From a virus, in IMG/VR virus record IMGVR_UViG_3300025853_009406, positions 32,001 through 96,000 of that record: a stretch of DNA of 64,000 bases; one strand, 5' to 3'. The notes under the pieces are model-generated. The model saw nothing but the letters and a program-made list of their open reading frames with translations. It was not told where the DNA came from and did no database searches. Below are positions 54,718 through 64,000 of the stretch, piece by piece. The position numbers and the translations under genes are program-made. Position 1 is the stretch's first letter; each line of letters opens with the position of its first letter.

Positions 54718-55540
54718 AATTAAAAAGTAATAGTTCTTTGCGTTTTTGTTGTTCTCGCATATATTCTCCAACAGATCTCATAGTATAAGTGAGATCAAAT
54801 TCAGCAGCATTCCATTTAGAATCAGTAAATCTATCTCTAACAAGTTGATCCGAATTATAACTCACTAACTGAGGCATAGAACAGGTAGAACAATCGTTAG
54901 CAAACTTGTCATGATCAAATTCTTTATGCATTGATCCTTTCTTACCATAAAGATTATCTTTAATGTCATAAGGAGGATCAAGATACACAAAAGTACTATC
55001 TTGTTCATTAAGAAGATAATCATATGAATAATTGCTTATCCTCCAATTTCTAATTATATTAGAATAACCAGGCAACTTATCAATTCCTCTCATAGAAAAA
55101 TTGGAATCAGAAGCTTGTGGAGAAAAAGAAGAACTTTCAGTTAATCCAGAAAAACTACACTTGTTTATAATATAAAAACTAATGGCTCTCCAAAAATAAT
55201 CAGTTTCACCACTATTCAAATAATCTTTAGATTCAAGAAATAATCCTTTAGCAGAACCACGATCAGGATAACGAGATTTTAACTCTACAAGTTTATTTCT
55301 CATTTCTGGTCCAAACATCTGCAATTGTTGCCAGAAGTTTACCAAAGGTTCATACAAGTCATTAACCCACACATTAAGATGTGGATACTTCTTAGTAATG
55401 TGAATTGCCACACTACCACCACCAAGAAATGGTTCTCTAAATTCATCATACTCTCTCAGATCTGGAAAGTATTGATCCATTTTTGTACAAGCGCGAGACT
55501 TACCGCCAGGGTATCTCAATGGTGTTTTCAGGGATTTCAT
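54662..55540 (-). CDS. dam: Dam-family DNA adenine methyltransferase
   Basis: RYPGGKS, EPFLGGGSV, NDL, YLDPPY. Confidence 0.92.
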   Translation of the reverse strand: MKSLKTPLRYPGGKSRACTKMDQYFPDLREYDEFREPFLGGGSVAIHITKKYPHLNVWVNDLYEPLVNFWQQLQMFGPEMRNKLVELKSRYPDRGSAKGLFLESKDYLNSGETDYFWRAISFYIINKCSFSGLTESSSFSPQASDSNFSMRGIDKLPGYSNIIRNWRISNYSYDYLLNEQDSTFVYLDPPYDIKDNLYGKKGSMHKEFDHDKFANDCSTCSMPQLVSYNSDQLVRDRFTDSKWNAAEFDLTYTMRSVGEYMREQQKRKELLLFNYGIEGLVEQYQSDKETSN

Positions 55541-55736
55541 AATCAGGTTTGTTATACTTCAAATACTCCCAGAAGGTTAGTTTCATTTCCTTATGGGTCA
55601 TACCACAATGTTTTGCGGCAGCGGGTAAAGTCATTTTAGCACGAAACAATGCATCATTTGCTTCTGCAACATTCTGTGATGTAGTCTTTACTCTTGGTTC
55701 TACCAAAGTTTTATAATCATTTTTAAAAAAACTCAT
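55500..55736 (-). CDS. hypothetical protein (possible HTH)
   Basis: MTLPAAAKHCGMT motif. Confidence 0.6.
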   Translation of the reverse strand: MSFFKNDYKTLVEPRVKTTSQNVAEANDALFRAKMTLPAAAKHCGMTHKEMKLTFWEYLKYNKPDYEIPENTIEIPWR

Positions 55737-55942
55737 AGTAAATCTCCATAGGGAGTATCATCTTTATGAAGGAGAACTCCATCAACTTTATCCAAAAGTT
55801 CTCGCATGTCACCATGAAGAATATGATAACCAGTTCCAACGTACCATTGCCCTGTAACAACGGCAACAGTAGCAATACCCCAGAAAATATAATAGAACCT
55901 AGACTTTACTTGTGCTCTCAATTTTTCTTTTTTCATAATCAC
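55733..55942 (-). CDS. small membrane protein
   Basis: Single transmembrane segment. Confidence 0.55.
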   Translation of the reverse strand: MIMKKEKLRAQVKSRFYYIFWGIATVAVVTGQWYVGTGYHILHGDMRELLDKVDGVLLHKDDTPYGDLL

Positions 55943-56235
55943 AAAATGAGTTTCTTTTCATCTGGAGTAATCAACTTACTACCATATATTTCATTATACT
56001 TTTTCTTAACAGGTTCTTCTAAATTTACCAGATAAACAATATGATTTCTTGAAATTTTAATTTCTGGATCATCTTTATCAATAACTGGTGCCCAAGGTGT
56101 AAATCCAATACTACCATTCTGTGTTGGGATAATGACCAGAGCATTTACTACTGTAACAAAATTATCATCTTCACTAATAAGTTCAGCGATAATTTCTTCA
56201 CCCGTAATGATTCTCAAAAGTTTTGCATCAATCAT
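55939..56235 (-). CDS. hypothetical protein (Sm-like pattern)
   Basis: KLLRIITGEEIIA...FTPWAP. Confidence 0.65.
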   Translation of the reverse strand: MIDAKLLRIITGEEIIAELISEDDNFVTVVNALVIIPTQNGSIGFTPWAPVIDKDDPEIKISRNHIVYLVNLEEPVKKKYNEIYGSKLITPDEKKLIL

Positions 56236-56456
56236 TTAGTTTCTCCATGTTTTATACGTTTTTCATTTAAGAGTAAAAAATTTGAAAATTCTTCTTCAAG
56301 ATTATCAGTTGAAGTATTACCTTGACTAACCCAAGTATGACAAAATTCATACAAAAACTGAATTTCACTTAGGTTTAAATGATGTTTTAACTTTAGAAAA
56401 ACATCTTGTCTGAGATTCATTCGTTCATCACTATAACGCCAATCAGAATCAATCAT
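56232..56456 (-). CDS. hypothetical protein
   Basis: ORF coupled on both sides. Confidence 0.6.
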   Translation of the reverse strand: MIDSDWRYSDERMNLRQDVFLKLKHHLNLSEIQFLYEFCHTWVSQGNTSTDNLEEEFSNFLLLNEKRIKHGETK

Positions 56457-57394
56457 TTGAATTCACACTCCACCATAATTTCAGTTAGACATGCAAGCAT
56501 ATTGATTTCTTGATCTGCTACGAATGCTGCCTGATACTGATACTTAGCGAGAACAAGGACAGCAGCAGGAATGCTGCCAGGAACCAAGGCTTCGTAAAGA
56601 GAGTCATAAATGCGACGGAGAAGTACAGTAGTATCATTATCCAAATTACTAACGATCCACTTTCGTACCTCAGCAAAGTTTTTAGTCTTGAGATTTTTGA
56701 CAAGTTCATTTACAGCAACATCAGAAAACGTAGCAAGAATGCCAGAATCAATTTTACCACTTACGGAGTAGCGTTGGCATTCATTCAGCACTCTCCTCCA
56801 ATCAGGAAAGTGCTTATTGATGAGTTCTACCAGGACCTTGTTATCGTATTCAATACCTTCTGCACCCAAGATTTCTTGGATACGCTTGAAGAATTGTGCT
56901 GCAATTCCCTGTCTTTCTTTTCCCTTAATTCCGAATTCAACCACTGCACATCGGGAGTGGAGAGGTTCAAGGATTTTATTTTTGTAATTACAGGTGAAGA
57001 TGAATCGGCAGTTACCAGCAAACTCCTCAATAAACGCCCGTAGGAGGAGTTGTACATCATTGGACGTGTTATCTGCCTCATCAATGATGATGACTTTGTG
57101 TTTTGCATCTGAAGAAAGTGAGACGGTCGAAGCGAAGTTTTTCGCATTGTTTCGGACAGTATCCAAGAACCGCCCTTCATCGGATCCATTGATGACATAA
57201 ACATCTACCCCCAGTTCGTTACAAAGTGCCTTTGCTACTGTAGTTTTACCAATACCAGGAGGTCCCGCAAGTAGCATATTTGGGATCTCACCTTTATCTA
57301 GGAAACTTTGAAATGTCTTCTTAGTTGCCTCAGGGAGAATACACTCTTCAATTGTTTTTGGTCGATACTTTTCAACCCAAATAAAATCGCTCAT
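56453..57394 (-). CDS. gp44: clamp loader large subunit (gp44)
   Basis: WVEKYRP, GPPGIGKT, IIDEAD, SRC. Confidence 0.97.
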   Translation of the reverse strand: MSDFIWVEKYRPKTIEECILPEATKKTFQSFLDKGEIPNMLLAGPPGIGKTTVAKALCNELGVDVYVINGSDEGRFLDTVRNNAKNFASTVSLSSDAKHKVIIIDEADNTSNDVQLLLRAFIEEFAGNCRFIFTCNYKNKILEPLHSRCAVVEFGIKGKERQGIAAQFFKRIQEILGAEGIEYDNKVLVELINKHFPDWRRVLNECQRYSVSGKIDSGILATFSDVAVNELVKNLKTKNFAEVRKWIVSNLDNDTTVLLRRIYDSLYEALVPGSIPAAVLVLAKYQYQAAFVADQEINMLACLTEIMVECEFK

Positions 57395-57453
57395 AATAAA
57401 TAAAAAGTTTTAGTTTTCAATCAATAGCAAAATTAAAGTATAACATGTATTGA

Positions 57454-58014
57454 TCAAATATCATGAATTAAGTTAAAACTCACAGATATTCTATCATTAT
57501 GCTGATTATCTTGTCCACCAGATCCATGCTTTAACCAGGATGGAAACAACACTAACTGATTTATTTTTGGATAAACAACATGAATTTCCTGATATTTTGT
57601 ATATTTTATCTTAGAAAAATAAAAAGTATTTTGATTTGGATTTTCAAATACTAACTTGTTACTGTTTTGATTAACATTAAGATAAAGGCAACCAGAAACA
57701 ATACTATCACAATGTAAATGTGATAGGAGATTGGTTTTTTTATTTTGAATAATAGACCAATATCTATCCATTTTTAATTTTTTTAAATGAATAGATTTTC
57801 CATACAAATTAGATACTTTTTCTATTCGTTTTATAATATTTTTATCTAAAAAATTATTATTTTCTACGTAATGATATGTTCCAAATCCATCACCATTTAA
57901 AAGATGATGGGAATGATATTTAAGTTTTTTGATTCTTTGTGTCAATATTTTATTTTCTTTTGGAGTTATAAAATTCTCCAGTATACCAATTGGTATTGAA
58001 AATATTTCACTCAT
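57454..58014 (-). CDS. putative 2OG-Fe(II) oxygenase (TIGR02466-like)
   Basis: HxH, SGCLYL, LFPSWLKH, RISVSFN. Confidence 0.85.
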   Translation of the reverse strand: MSEIFSIPIGILENFITPKENKILTQRIKKLKYHSHHLLNGDGFGTYHYVENNNFLDKNIIKRIEKVSNLYGKSIHLKKLKMDRYWSIIQNKKTNLLSHLHCDSIVSGCLYLNVNQNSNKLVFENPNQNTFYFSKIKYTKYQEIHVVYPKINQLVLFPSWLKHGSGGQDNQHNDRISVSFNLIHDI

Positions 58015-58607
58015 GATTCATCACTATAATCACGTATTAAATTGAAACTAATAGAAACTCTAGTATCAGTTTCATTCATAATGTAATCAGAACCATGCTC
58101 TAACCAACCAGGAAATAATATCAAATCTCCATTTTGAGGATGAACTTCATGCGTTGAAGTGTTATACTTATTTTGATGTGTATAATATCCACTTCCAATA
58201 AATGGATTTGGATTTTTAAAAACTAATGGATGAGAATTTTGATCAACGTTGACGTATATAACTCCAGAGATAGAAGAATTGGGATGATTATGTTCTTTCA
58301 TTAAGCATCCTGGTGTTTCTATGACAGACCAATATGAAGATAGCTTGACTTTTGGAATACCAATTTTATCAGCATAGTGATTGGAATGTTTTTCTATTCT
58401 AGAAATAATATCATTAGAAAGAAAATTTAATTTTTCACAATTTCTGAAAGAACAAAAAGATTTACCAATGAGCATTGGATGATTGTCGTCATGCATTTCT
58501 TCATTGTCAAATATTCCATCAAATATACATTTTCTTTCAATTTCGTCAATGAAGTTTGGAAATTGATATATTAATGTTGGAAATATTTCAATCATGTTTA
58601 AATCCAT
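58011..58607 (-). CDS. putative 2OG-Fe(II) oxygenase (TIGR02466-like)
   Basis: HNHP, SGVIYV, LFPGWLEH, RVSISFN. Confidence 0.85.
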   Translation of the reverse strand: MDLNMIEIFPTLIYQFPNFIDEIERKCIFDGIFDNEEMHDDNHPMLIGKSFCSFRNCEKLNFLSNDIISRIEKHSNHYADKIGIPKVKLSSYWSVIETPGCLMKEHNHPNSSISGVIYVNVDQNSHPLVFKNPNPFIGSGYYTHQNKYNTSTHEVHPQNGDLILFPGWLEHGSDYIMNETDTRVSISFNLIRDYSDES

Positions 58608-59113
58608 TCTGGTTTTCTCTCTGGAATACGACGATAGTTATCTTTTACCCAAGGTTTAGATGCAATATACATCTTATACTTGCTGTAGATGTCAACAGTA
58701 TCATACTTGAATTCATCAGGACCAGCAAAAACAAATGGAGTCAACTTACTTCTATGTGCACCATCAATCGGAAATAGTTGATTTGCATATGCAAGAGTAT
58801 GAAGACATGAATGAATCTTTGCATATCGATCAGAATACTCTTCACAAAGTGCTAATCCATGCCGAATCAACCACCGTGAATTCGCAAGCGTTTCGTTTGC
58901 CCACACAGTACATGGGTGATTACGAAAAGCACCCTTCTCCGTAGCATAGGGTGTGCCGTCTGCCTTGGGAAGAGTGCCATATCCATGCCCCCATTTCTCC
59001 GATGCCACAATAGAGAGCATCTGACAGCACTCTAGGGGCATCTTGACGATATGCTTGTCAGGTAGGACCTTTGCCGAAACAACAGGGTCAGGGTCTGATA
59101 CAAAGATGTTCAT
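58598..59113 (-). CDS. pyrimidine-dimer DNA glycosylase-related protein
   Basis: MNIF...DKHIVKM..E..QMLS, NHPCTVW. Confidence 0.65.
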   Translation of the reverse strand: MNIFVSDPDPVVSAKVLPDKHIVKMPLECCQMLSIVASEKWGHGYGTLPKADGTPYATEKGAFRNHPCTVWANETLANSRWLIRHGLALCEEYSDRYAKIHSCLHTLAYANQLFPIDGAHRSKLTPFVFAGPDEFKYDTVDIYSKYKMYIASKPWVKDNYRRIPERKPEWI

Positions 59114-59322
59114 GATAAAAGTTTGCTAAAGCTGATTGCTAAGAGAAATCCTAGCATAACTACGATGTCCCATGATTTTGTTTTTACAAAATATGGAATT
59201 GAAATGGTGTCAGCAATAACATTCATTAAGACACCAGCAGTCAAATTAACATGTAAAACAACAAAATAGGCAGCAATAACTGTAATACTGCCTACGACTC
59301 TCATTGCCGTTAGTGTTTTCAT
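59110..59322 (-). CDS. small membrane protein
   Basis: Hydrophobic 70-aa ORF. Confidence 0.6.
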   Translation of the reverse strand: MKTLTAMRVVGSITVIAAYFVVLHVNLTAGVLMNVIADTISIPYFVKTKSWDIVVMLGFLLAISFSKLLS

Positions 59323-60005
59323 CCAAATGTAGAATCAGGTTCCAGAGCAATATAGTACTTAAGATTGTGCTGAGTGTTGGTAAATTGTGACAAAAGTTTA
59401 GAAGACACTACAACGTCATAAGCACCAGGAATAATTTTGATGTTCTCAACTTTAAAGTTAAAAGCAAACTCTTTGTCAGTCTCACCAACTACAATTGCAT
59501 ATTCGTTAGAAGTATCATTCTTCTTATCACGAACAACTAGTTTAATGACACCTGCCTCACCAATTGCGGAGAAATCGGGGAGTTGATAGACTTGTGCTGC
59601 TTTGACAAGTTTTTCAAGTGAAGCACTATCAAGTTGAAAACAAATATCCTGAGATGGAAGATTAATTTCTTTTTCGGGAGGAGCAACAATCACATTAGGG
59701 TCAGCAAAGAAATACTTCACACGACGCTTACCTTCTTTAATACTCAGGTAAGAAGGTTCCTGAAAATCGAGATCTGGATCATGGTGGAGAGATAATCCAT
59801 TCAAAAATTGATTCAGATCGTAAATAGCAAAATCGCGAGGAAAGTCTTCTTTAATATCTGCTTCTGCAAGAATATTCTTAGCAACAGAAATTGTACGAAG
59901 ACGATTACCCTCTTTTACCAGAATTGAATTATTAATTCCAGCAAAATTTTTGAGAATATTGAGGGTATTATCAGACAGTTTCATAGTTTTGGGTTTGAGT
60001 TTCAT
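59319..60005 (-). CDS. gp45: sliding clamp (gp45)
   Basis: MKLS..T..ILKNFA.IN, IYDLNQFL, YYIALE. Confidence 0.95.
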   Translation of the reverse strand: MKLKPKTMKLSDNTLNILKNFAGINNSILVKEGNRLRTISVAKNILAEADIKEDFPRDFAIYDLNQFLNGLSLHHDPDLDFQEPSYLSIKEGKRRVKYFFADPNVIVAPPEKEINLPSQDICFQLDSASLEKLVKAAQVYQLPDFSAIGEAGVIKLVVRDKKNDTSNEYAIVVGETDKEFAFNFKVENIKIIPGAYDVVVSSKLLSQFTNTQHNLKYYIALEPDSTFG

Positions 60006-60511
60006 CACTGGGGGTAGGTTTCACGTTGTGCATTTTTGTCATTAAAATGCATCAGAAGAACAGCATAGTGCAGAATCTTCATAATGTCACGTCGTGCAGT
60101 GCCTTTCTTATCATAGCGAGAGGCATACTTGAGGATATTACTGCGGCAGAAGGATTCACCATCGCCACACGCTTCAATCAGATCAAGTGTCTGAATTTTA
60201 TCATCACCAGCAGAGTAGTGCTGATTGTATGTTGCAGAAATATAATCGGACAGTTCTTTAAGAATAGTATCTTCACTATACTTAAATCGATTAGGATTAT
60301 TACTAGTAGTCATATCAAGATCAAAGGAAATGTGGTCTTCACCTAAACCCATAAAACTTTCATAGGGAACAGGTTGTGCTGCACCAAACGTAACAACATC
60401 ATCTTGAGGGACATTGAACGAAATAGTATCACTACTTTCTCCACCTGGGAGAAAACTATTAGCATTTATGTTCTGATCACCCATAGACATAAAATTAAAA
60501 CTTTCAGTCAT
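60005..60511 (-). CDS. DUF3310-like protein
   Basis: HY...IQTLDLI...FCRSNILKYASRYDKKG...DIMK..HY. Confidence 0.7.
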   Translation of the reverse strand: MTESFNFMSMGDQNINANSFLPGGESSDTISFNVPQDDVVTFGAAQPVPYESFMGLGEDHISFDLDMTTSNNPNRFKYSEDTILKELSDYISATYNQHYSAGDDKIQTLDLIEACGDGESFCRSNILKYASRYDKKGTARRDIMKILHYAVLLMHFNDKNAQRETYPQ

Positions 60512-60520
60512 ATTTAATGA

Positions 60521-60556
60521 AAAATAATAAAAGTAGAGGTGGTTTTTCACCTCTAC
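60521..60556 (-). terminator. intrinsic terminator after cobS
   Basis: GTAGAGGTG/CACCTCTAC stem followed by a U-rich tract. Confidence 0.7.
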
Positions 60557-60564
60557 AAATTATA

Positions 60565-61662
60565 TCAGGAGAAGTTGTGAGAGTCAAGGCATTCTTTCTG
60601 ATCTTCAGAAGGCATCTGGAAATCAGCATCAACTTTGTCATATAGTTCCAAAAATGCTTGCTTAGTCTCATCATCAAAACGGTTCACACATACTTGAATT
60701 GCCTTCGCTTTATCGTTAAAGATACGATATGCCTTAACAATATGAACCAGGCGACGAGTACTGATAATTTCCTCAATGCCACCATCATAAAAGGTCTTAC
60801 GAATAATATCTGCCCAATCAGAAAGACGCTTACAAAAATCGTCATCCTTACAAAATTTATTCAAGATCTTCTCTTCAATTTTCGGAGTAGGATACTCTTG
60901 TTCAAAAGTTACAGGGAATCGCTCAAGGAATGCTTCGTTGAGCACGTTAGTTCCAACGAATCGCCCATCATCTGAACCTTTACCTTTAGTGTTTGCGGTT
61001 GCGATGACATTGAAACCTGCAGCGGGTCGAACAAACTTGCCGATTTTTTTAAGGAAGACTCCATTTCCTTCAAGGATAGATTGGAGACAGAGAATTTTAT
61101 TAGAGGCAAGGTCGATCTCGTCAAGGAGCAGGATAGCTCCTCGTTGAAGTGCTTCAATGACTGGTCCATTGTGCCAGACGGTTGCACCATCAACAAGGCG
61201 GAAACCGCCGATAAGATCATCTTCATCAGTTTCAATAGTAATGTTTACGCGGATCAGTTCCCGTCCGAGTTGAGCACATGCTTGCTCAACAGAGAACGTT
61301 TTACCGTTGCCCGAAAGACCCGTGATAAACGTAGGGTAGAAAATACGGGACTCAACAATTTTTTTAATGTCGCCAAAATTACCAAACTTGACAAAGGAAT
61401 CATCTTTTTGAGGAATAAGATTTTGTTCAATTGCAGGAATTGCTGCAGGAGAATTATAAGTTACTTCCAGATCTTCAACTGTTTCCTTTGTTACTTCCAG
61501 GTTCCATTTACCACGACCTACTTTACAATCAGTAAGTTTATTAGTAACAGTTTGATAGTTAGAACCATTCATAGCACACCAAGCACGAATATCTGCAGCA
61601 GTTACAGATTCTCCGTAAAGTTGCTGAAGAGAAGTGCGAATGTATTCAGAAGACATGGTCAT
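60565..61662 (-). CDS. cobS: CobS/MoxR-like AAA+ ATPase
   Basis: GLSGNGKT, LLDEID, TANTKG, LNEAFLERF, STRRL. Confidence 0.92.
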   Translation of the reverse strand: MTMSSEYIRTSLQQLYGESVTAADIRAWCAMNGSNYQTVTNKLTDCKVGRGKWNLEVTKETVEDLEVTYNSPAAIPAIEQNLIPQKDDSFVKFGNFGDIKKIVESRIFYPTFITGLSGNGKTFSVEQACAQLGRELIRVNITIETDEDDLIGGFRLVDGATVWHNGPVIEALQRGAILLLDEIDLASNKILCLQSILEGNGVFLKKIGKFVRPAAGFNVIATANTKGKGSDDGRFVGTNVLNEAFLERFPVTFEQEYPTPKIEEKILNKFCKDDDFCKRLSDWADIIRKTFYDGGIEEIISTRRLVHIVKAYRIFNDKAKAIQVCVNRFDDETKQAFLELYDKVDADFQMPSEDQKECLDSHNFS

Positions 61663-61738
61663 GATGTAAGTTGTTTGTTTCAACTGAAGTTATTATAAAT
61701 GAAAAAGGAGGAGTAGTCCTCCCCAGTGTGCCAGTAAA

Positions 61739-62050
61739 TCAATTGGATAAAAACTCTTCCAATTCATTCAAGAGTGTTGCTTTGTTGTGTCTTCTATCTA
61801 ACTCAAGACCAACAGTTCTAGCATATTCTTCAAGTTCTCTTTTGGTCATGTCATTGAGTGATACATCACTTTCATAACCATCTTCCTCAGATACTTCTCT
61901 AAGTTCTTCTTCAATTACCTCATCATAGTTTGTAGTATCTTCATCCACAATAGGAGATTCTACAACTTCTACAGTTTCTTCTACTACAGGTTCTGGAGCA
62001 GGTGTAGGAGGTGTCTTTTTACCTGCGAGTAAATCTCCAAATCTAGACAT
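61739..62050 (-). CDS. acidic hypothetical protein with a C-terminal Rho-N-like motif
   Basis: LNDMTKRELEEYA...KATLL; GATAAATA box upstream. Confidence 0.6.
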   Translation of the reverse strand: MSRFGDLLAGKKTPPTPAPEPVVEETVEVVESPIVDEDTTNYDEVIEEELREVSEEDGYESDVSLNDMTKRELEEYARTVGLELDRRHNKATLLNELEEFLSN

Positions 62051-62081
62051 TTTAATTACCTATAACTTATAAAAATATTTA

Positions 62082-64000
62082 TCACGCAATGAGTTCTACA
62101 AACTCACCCAAGATTTTTTTATTCATTTTTTTAGTTTTCAAACTTTTTGCAAAGGCAGACTTAATTTGTGTTTTAGTCGCATCATCAGAAACACTAAAAT
62201 CACTATTCTTTGATAGAGAATTTGAAGAAATTCCAAAATAAAGATCGTATCCAGAATTTTTAATAGAAAACGATTTCATCTTTTTCCAATCCTTCATTGC
62301 AGTCTCATAACTTTTCCCACTATATCCACAATATCTGCGAATAAAAGAACCAGAATCACGAGATACGAGAACACGCATACCAATAAAATTTACATCGGGA
62401 AATTTGTCTTTCAAATTCTTAAGAAGAATATCAGTGAACTGATGCCAATCACAATCTAGAGAATAAGTAGTACCAATTTTTCTATCACGAAGGACACAAC
62501 GAGGTCCAATAGTAGCCAATCCAATATATGGCTCTTCTTCCCATGGTCTCTGAACTTCAGTATGACGCTTTAGGTCATATCCTTCACCATCAGTAAGAAC
62601 AACACACTGAACTTTTTGAAGATTATTTTCTTTTTTGAATTTTGGAAGAATTTGGTGTAGTGCAACCATACTTTCATTCAGAGGAGTACCCGAAAGACTC
62701 AGACCAGGAGGAACAGAATATCTTGCAGAACCCCATCCCTCAAAGCAGCGAGAAAGACGATAAATGGTTTTCATTTGTTCGTTAAGTTCTTTACCATTCA
62801 CTTTACTAGTAAGAAGATTCATAAGGCTAAACCACTCACCAATATGGAAAATTCCTGCACGCTCTTTATAAGGGCGAGACCTTGTCACAAGGTTTCCATC
62901 TTCATCGTCAGAATTAATAGGATAATCAGATGTAAAAGCGTATACTTCAAAAGGAATTGAAACTTTTTTACAGAACCAAATCAAATTAAACAACTGTTTG
63001 ACGGTATCAGAAATAACATCACACATAGATCCAGACCAATCCAAAACAAATACCAAACCATGATTCTTACCATCAGCAAGAGTGGTCACTTTCTTGAACA
63101 AATCTTCATTGTACTTGTAGGTATGAAGTTTGGAGCAATCAAGAACACCAGTGCGAGCAGTCGTAGCACGAGCATAAGAATCTGCTGCTTTCTTACACTC
63201 AAACTCCTTGACTAGGTAATTAACTTCTTTCTGTGCAGTTTTTTTAAATTTTTCAAAGTCTTTGTCTACAAATTCAAACATCAAATGATCTCCAGTTTGT
63301 TTGGAGTATTCGTGCCAATAGTTATTACACCTTGTGTGAATTTCACGGTTATCAACGATAACTTTATCGATATCAATTTCTGGAATTTCCAGATAAATTT
63401 TTTCACTAGCATTAAAATCTACAAGATTTTTAAGAGATTCTTCTAGAGAATCAGCAGTCTTAATATCAAGATCATTATCTTCTTGATCTACTTCATCTAC
63501 AATTTCTTCATCAAATTTATTACCATCATCCTTATTTTCAGCAGTGCCACCATAGGATTCATTAGATTCTGGTTCAATAGAATCGTTATTGTTATCACTT
63601 TGGTCTTCAGAATCTGATTCTCCATTATTCTCAGAATCATTCCGAGAAGACGAATTATTACTTTCAGATTTACAATACTTGTATAGCATTTCAGATGCTA
63701 CAAGAACATCATCAAATGTTTCACAATTATCAATGTAATTGATAATTGTTTTCTCGGTTTCTTTAAAATTAATATCTACAAAATTACCAATCTTAAAATA
63801 AAGATTTACACGATCTGCAAGATTCATTGTATCAACATTTTCACCCTCAAGTTGAAAAAAATCTTGATCTGAAAGTTCTTGATAACCACGATAAAACGTT
63901 TTAGCAAGACCCACATATCGACGTTTCATCATCTTTTCGATACGAGCATCTTCGACAATATTTACAATTTGTGGTGGAATATTCACCTCTTTCAACCAAT
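62082..64000 (-). CDS. CobT-like peptidase/vWA protein (5' end outside the window)
   Basis: NIVEDARIE, LDWSGSM (MIDAS), LSGTPL, LTDGEG; adjacent to cobS. Confidence 0.85.
   Translation of the reverse strand, partial: WLKEVNIPPQIVNIVEDARIEKMMKRRYVGLAKTFYRGYQELSDQDFFQLEGENVDTMNLADRVNLYFKIGNFVDINFKETEKTIINYIDNCETFDDVLVASEMLYKYCKSESNNSSSRNDSENNGESDSEDQSDNNNDSIEPESNESYGGTAENKDDGNKFDEEIVDEVDQEDNDLDIKTADSLEESLKNLVDFNASEKIYLEIPEIDIDKVIVDNREIHTRCNNYWHEYSKQTGDHLMFEFVDKDFEKFKKTAQKEVNYLVKEFECKKAADSYARATTARTGVLDCSKLHTYKYNEDLFKKVTTLADGKNHGLVFVLDWSGSMCDVISDTVKQLFNLIWFCKKVSIPFEVYAFTSDYPINSDDEDGNLVTRSRPYKERAGIFHIGEWFSLMNLLTSKVNGKELNEQMKTIYRLSRCFEGWGSARYSVPPGLSLSGTPLNESMVALHQILPKFKKENNLQKVQCVVLTDGEGYDLKRHTEVQRPWEEEPYIGLATIGPRCVLRDRKIGTTYSLDCDWHQFTDILLKNLKDKFPDVNFIGMRVLVSRDSGSFIRRYCGYSGKSYETAMKDWKKMKSFSIKNSGYDLYFGISSNSLSKNSDFSVSDDATKTQIKSAFAKSLKTKKMNKKILGEFVELIA

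Noticed and set aside
60565-64000. cobS/cobT as cobalamin biosynthesis genes
   Set aside because: An AAA+/vWA pair common in T4-like marine phages; no cobN or other cob genes here
1-64000. Stop-codon reassignment or a cellular/prophage origin
   Set aside because: Core genes translate fully with the standard code; the gene set is T4-like with no integrase or host housekeeping genes

Overview
This window is a 64-kb segment of a T4-like cyanobacterial myovirus, with almost all genes on the minus strand. From left to right it holds: (i) a structural/fibre module containing a 3349-aa protein; (ii) cpeT and ho1; (iii) an ~11-kb glycan biosynthesis cluster preceded by a structured RNA; (iv) a tRNA region with a group I intron, two free-standing endonuclease genes and tRNA remnants; (v) the T4 core replication region (nrdB, nrdA, gp61, mazG, gp41, uvsX, gp43, hsp20, regA, gp62, dam, gp44, gp45, cobS). 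The main observation is that the 3349-aa protein carries 12 N-half and 12 C-half repeats that align by eye to phycobiliprotein subunits. Every copy retains equivalents of both beta-phycocyanin bilin-binding cysteines and their partner aspartates. The halves are ordered as balanced nested pairs, and the gene lies 4-5 kb from a T-type bilin lyase and a heme oxygenase. This suggests a phage-encoded, possibly virion-borne multi-bilin protein with its own chromophorylation enzymes. The second observation is a 209-nt trnL-like group I intron in a tRNA-Arg(UCU), next to an HNH gene controlled by a hairpin-embedded late promoter. All family assignments come from motif recognition and remembered reference sequences; no searches were run.
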